Source: Haliotis rubra (lineage: Eukaryota). From it: a stretch of DNA of 64,000 bases. The position numbers and the translations under genes are program-made. Positions within the stretch are counted from its first letter, which is position 1, and every line of letters starts with the position of its first letter. Location of the stretch: NCBI RefSeq assembly GCF_003918875.1, contig NW_025767546.1:1116001-1180000 (forward strand), given 5' to 3'. A model generated the notes under the pieces. The model was not told the origin of the DNA. It saw only the letters and a program-made list of their open reading frames with translations, and made no database searches. Below are positions 61,577 to 64,000 of the stretch, in pieces.

Positions 61577-62120
61577 GATGATATGTAAATTACATACACC
61601 CGTTGCTATGTGCATGGAAATTGGTGGGTGTATGAATGTATATTACATACACCCGTTGCTATGTACATGGAAATTGGTGGGTATATGAATGTATATTACA
61701 TACACCCGTTACTATGTGCATGGAAATTGGTGGGTATATGAATGTATATTACATACAGCCGTTGCTATGTGCATGGAAAATGGTGGGTGTATGAATGTAT
61801 ATTACATACACCCGTTGCTATGTACATGGAAATTGGTGGGTGTATGAATGTATATTACATACACCCGTTGCTATGTACATGGAAATTGGTGGGTATATGA
61901 ATGTATATTACATACACCCGTTGCTATGTGCATGGAAATTGGTGGGTATATGAATGTATATTACATACAGCCGTTGCTATGTGCATGGAAATTGGTGGGT
62001 GTATGAATGTATATTACATACACCCGTTGCTATGTACATGGAAATTGGTGGGTATATGAATGTATATTACATACACCCGTTGCTATGTACATGGAAATTG
62101 GTGGGTAGATGATATGTATA
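61577..62120 (+). repeat. 53-bp minisatellite (~10 copies), probably in the ELOVL B 3' UTR
   Basis: Unit ATATTACATACACCCGTTGCTATGT(G/A)CATGGAAATTGGTGGGT(G/A)TATGAATGT. Confidence 0.93.
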
Positions 62121-64000
62121 TTTCACACATCTCTCATTATATACATTAATGGATGTGTATTATGTACACTCAGTGGTATATACAGGTAGATGCAGCTGTA
62201 TATCATACGCATATGACACACACTGACACACACATGAGCATGGAGTCACACACACACATCATGCATACACATCTCACCCACACTCTCTCGCGCACGCACA
62301 CACAGAGGTAAGGGAATATTGGTACATTATGGGATGTTGCGACACCAGCCAATTTTGAGTCCATGTATTGCACGAGTCAATGATGTGGACAAGTCGATGT
62401 GGTTTGGGGAGAACACTACACATTGTCCTTGAAATGACATGAGCCTTGGTGCAGTTATCATTGATATTAGACACTCATCATTCAATTCTGTATGTTAATT
62501 TATTGTAAATATCCCCATCTGCACTTTCATATTTTCATGAAAATAGCCCATCAATGCAATGAGATTAATGGTACAGATAATTTCAGAGTTCATGTTTTAA
62601 TGGTGATTATTAAGCTGGTTTAATGTATTTGCTGTTATAATTATTGTGTAATCATTGCAATAATTCTGCTGGACATAATAGCTGCTCTTAATTATGCATT
62701 CATTTAGTTATGACTTTGCAGGATGCTGTGTCTTAGAACTGTCAAGCCTTAACTAAGTTAAAAATATTGTTTTCCCTGAGTTGACATTGTCATCCACAGA
62801 GAGAGATTCTACATGAAAGCTTGTCAACAGTGTGCATGTTTTCAGCAATAACTATTAACTATACAACCATTACTCACCAACTCCAATCTAATATGTTGTG
62901 TTCTACCATTCCAAACATATTGGTGGTTATATTTTATTTTGTTTGCACATAATTGAGTTGTGAGTTGTTAGCATGGTTACACTGCTTTTCCTGTATGGTT
63001 GGGGAACTTTTCACGGTATATCCCAGTATATGTCAACTTCAGTAATTTCATATACCAATATACATGACATCCTAGGGGGATCTGTTGAAACATATATCCC
63101 AGGTTATGTGAAGATAGTTGGACATGTACCATTTTATCAAGTATTTAGATTTGTTAATCTGTGTTTTAATTTCTGTTTGTTACACAAAACTCAGGACAAT
63201 CAACAAGGGGAGACCACTCTTATGTGTGTCCCATTTCATATTAACCAAGGCTAGAAAAAGGTTAGAATCAAAACGATGAGAGAAGGTCAAGGTTATGGTT
63301 AAGAATAATTTGTCATCAAATGCCAAAAGTGGTCATGGTTAGGTTTAGATAAGTTCTAGTTGCACCATTTGTGACTTCAGTATATAAATGTGTTGAGGAG
63401 CATGTGTGACTGTTGCTACTAGCTGTGGTCATTCTTGGTATTCCAGTGAAATATGTAATCAAAGTGCTACCTCTAGTCAGCAGACGTCACTCAGGGTGGC
63501 CATCGCTAGCAGCGTCAGATCACGGGTGGGCATGAGTAGCTAATGGTTGTTATTTTCTTTGTTAAAGGTTGTGTGCATTACAATATAGTACAAATTATTA
63601 GAATTCTATTTTACAGTTTTTTCCCTTATGATATTACACTCAGATGTCTTTTTGACTTTTTTATGCACTTTTATATCACAGTCACTGATGTTTTTATTTG
63701 CATTTTGTTATTTTCCTACTACTCAGATGGTTTGTTTGTACAAGTGCCAATGTGTAATAACGACATCTGTTTTATACCAGTGAACAATCGAAATTCAAGT
63801 GGTTGTTGTTGAATGCATATATTCGATTACATTATTGTCATTTTTCTTATTGCATAATTGATGAGACTGACCTGAAAAAGTACAGGTACCTTATGACTGC
63901 TTGCCATCTGTGTCATGACAACCCAGTGTGTCTAGAGACTGTATTTATTTATGAAGTATATTTGTTTTGGATGCACTGTTGTTCATCCGTTTACAAGGCC

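Overview
Eukaryotic, intron-rich animal genomic DNA, probably a gastropod mollusc such as abalone (inferred only from the SINE families and the density of minisatellites). I reconstructed five protein-coding genes by hand from splice sites. NDUFA9 (minus, 11 exons) is head-to-head with TXNL4A/Dim1 (plus, intronless CDS). A renalase-family FAD oxidoreductase (plus) has motifs matching the plant At3g04650 type. Two ELOVL fatty-acid elongases are head-to-head on a CCAAT-rich shared promoter. The main finding is in the minus-strand ELOVL4-like gene: two intact, tandemly duplicated copies of the TM6-TM7 exon (30274-30444 and 30063-30230) are separated by only 43 nt. This is a likely sterically enforced mutually exclusive exon pair in the region that sets elongase chain-length specificity, and there may be a third relic copy. 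The rest is tRNA-derived SINEs, MITEs, Tc1, DIRS/Ngaro and L2 relics, a Helentron-associated element and many minisatellites. Single-base frameshifts in two genes and a 129-N gap suggest residual assembly error.
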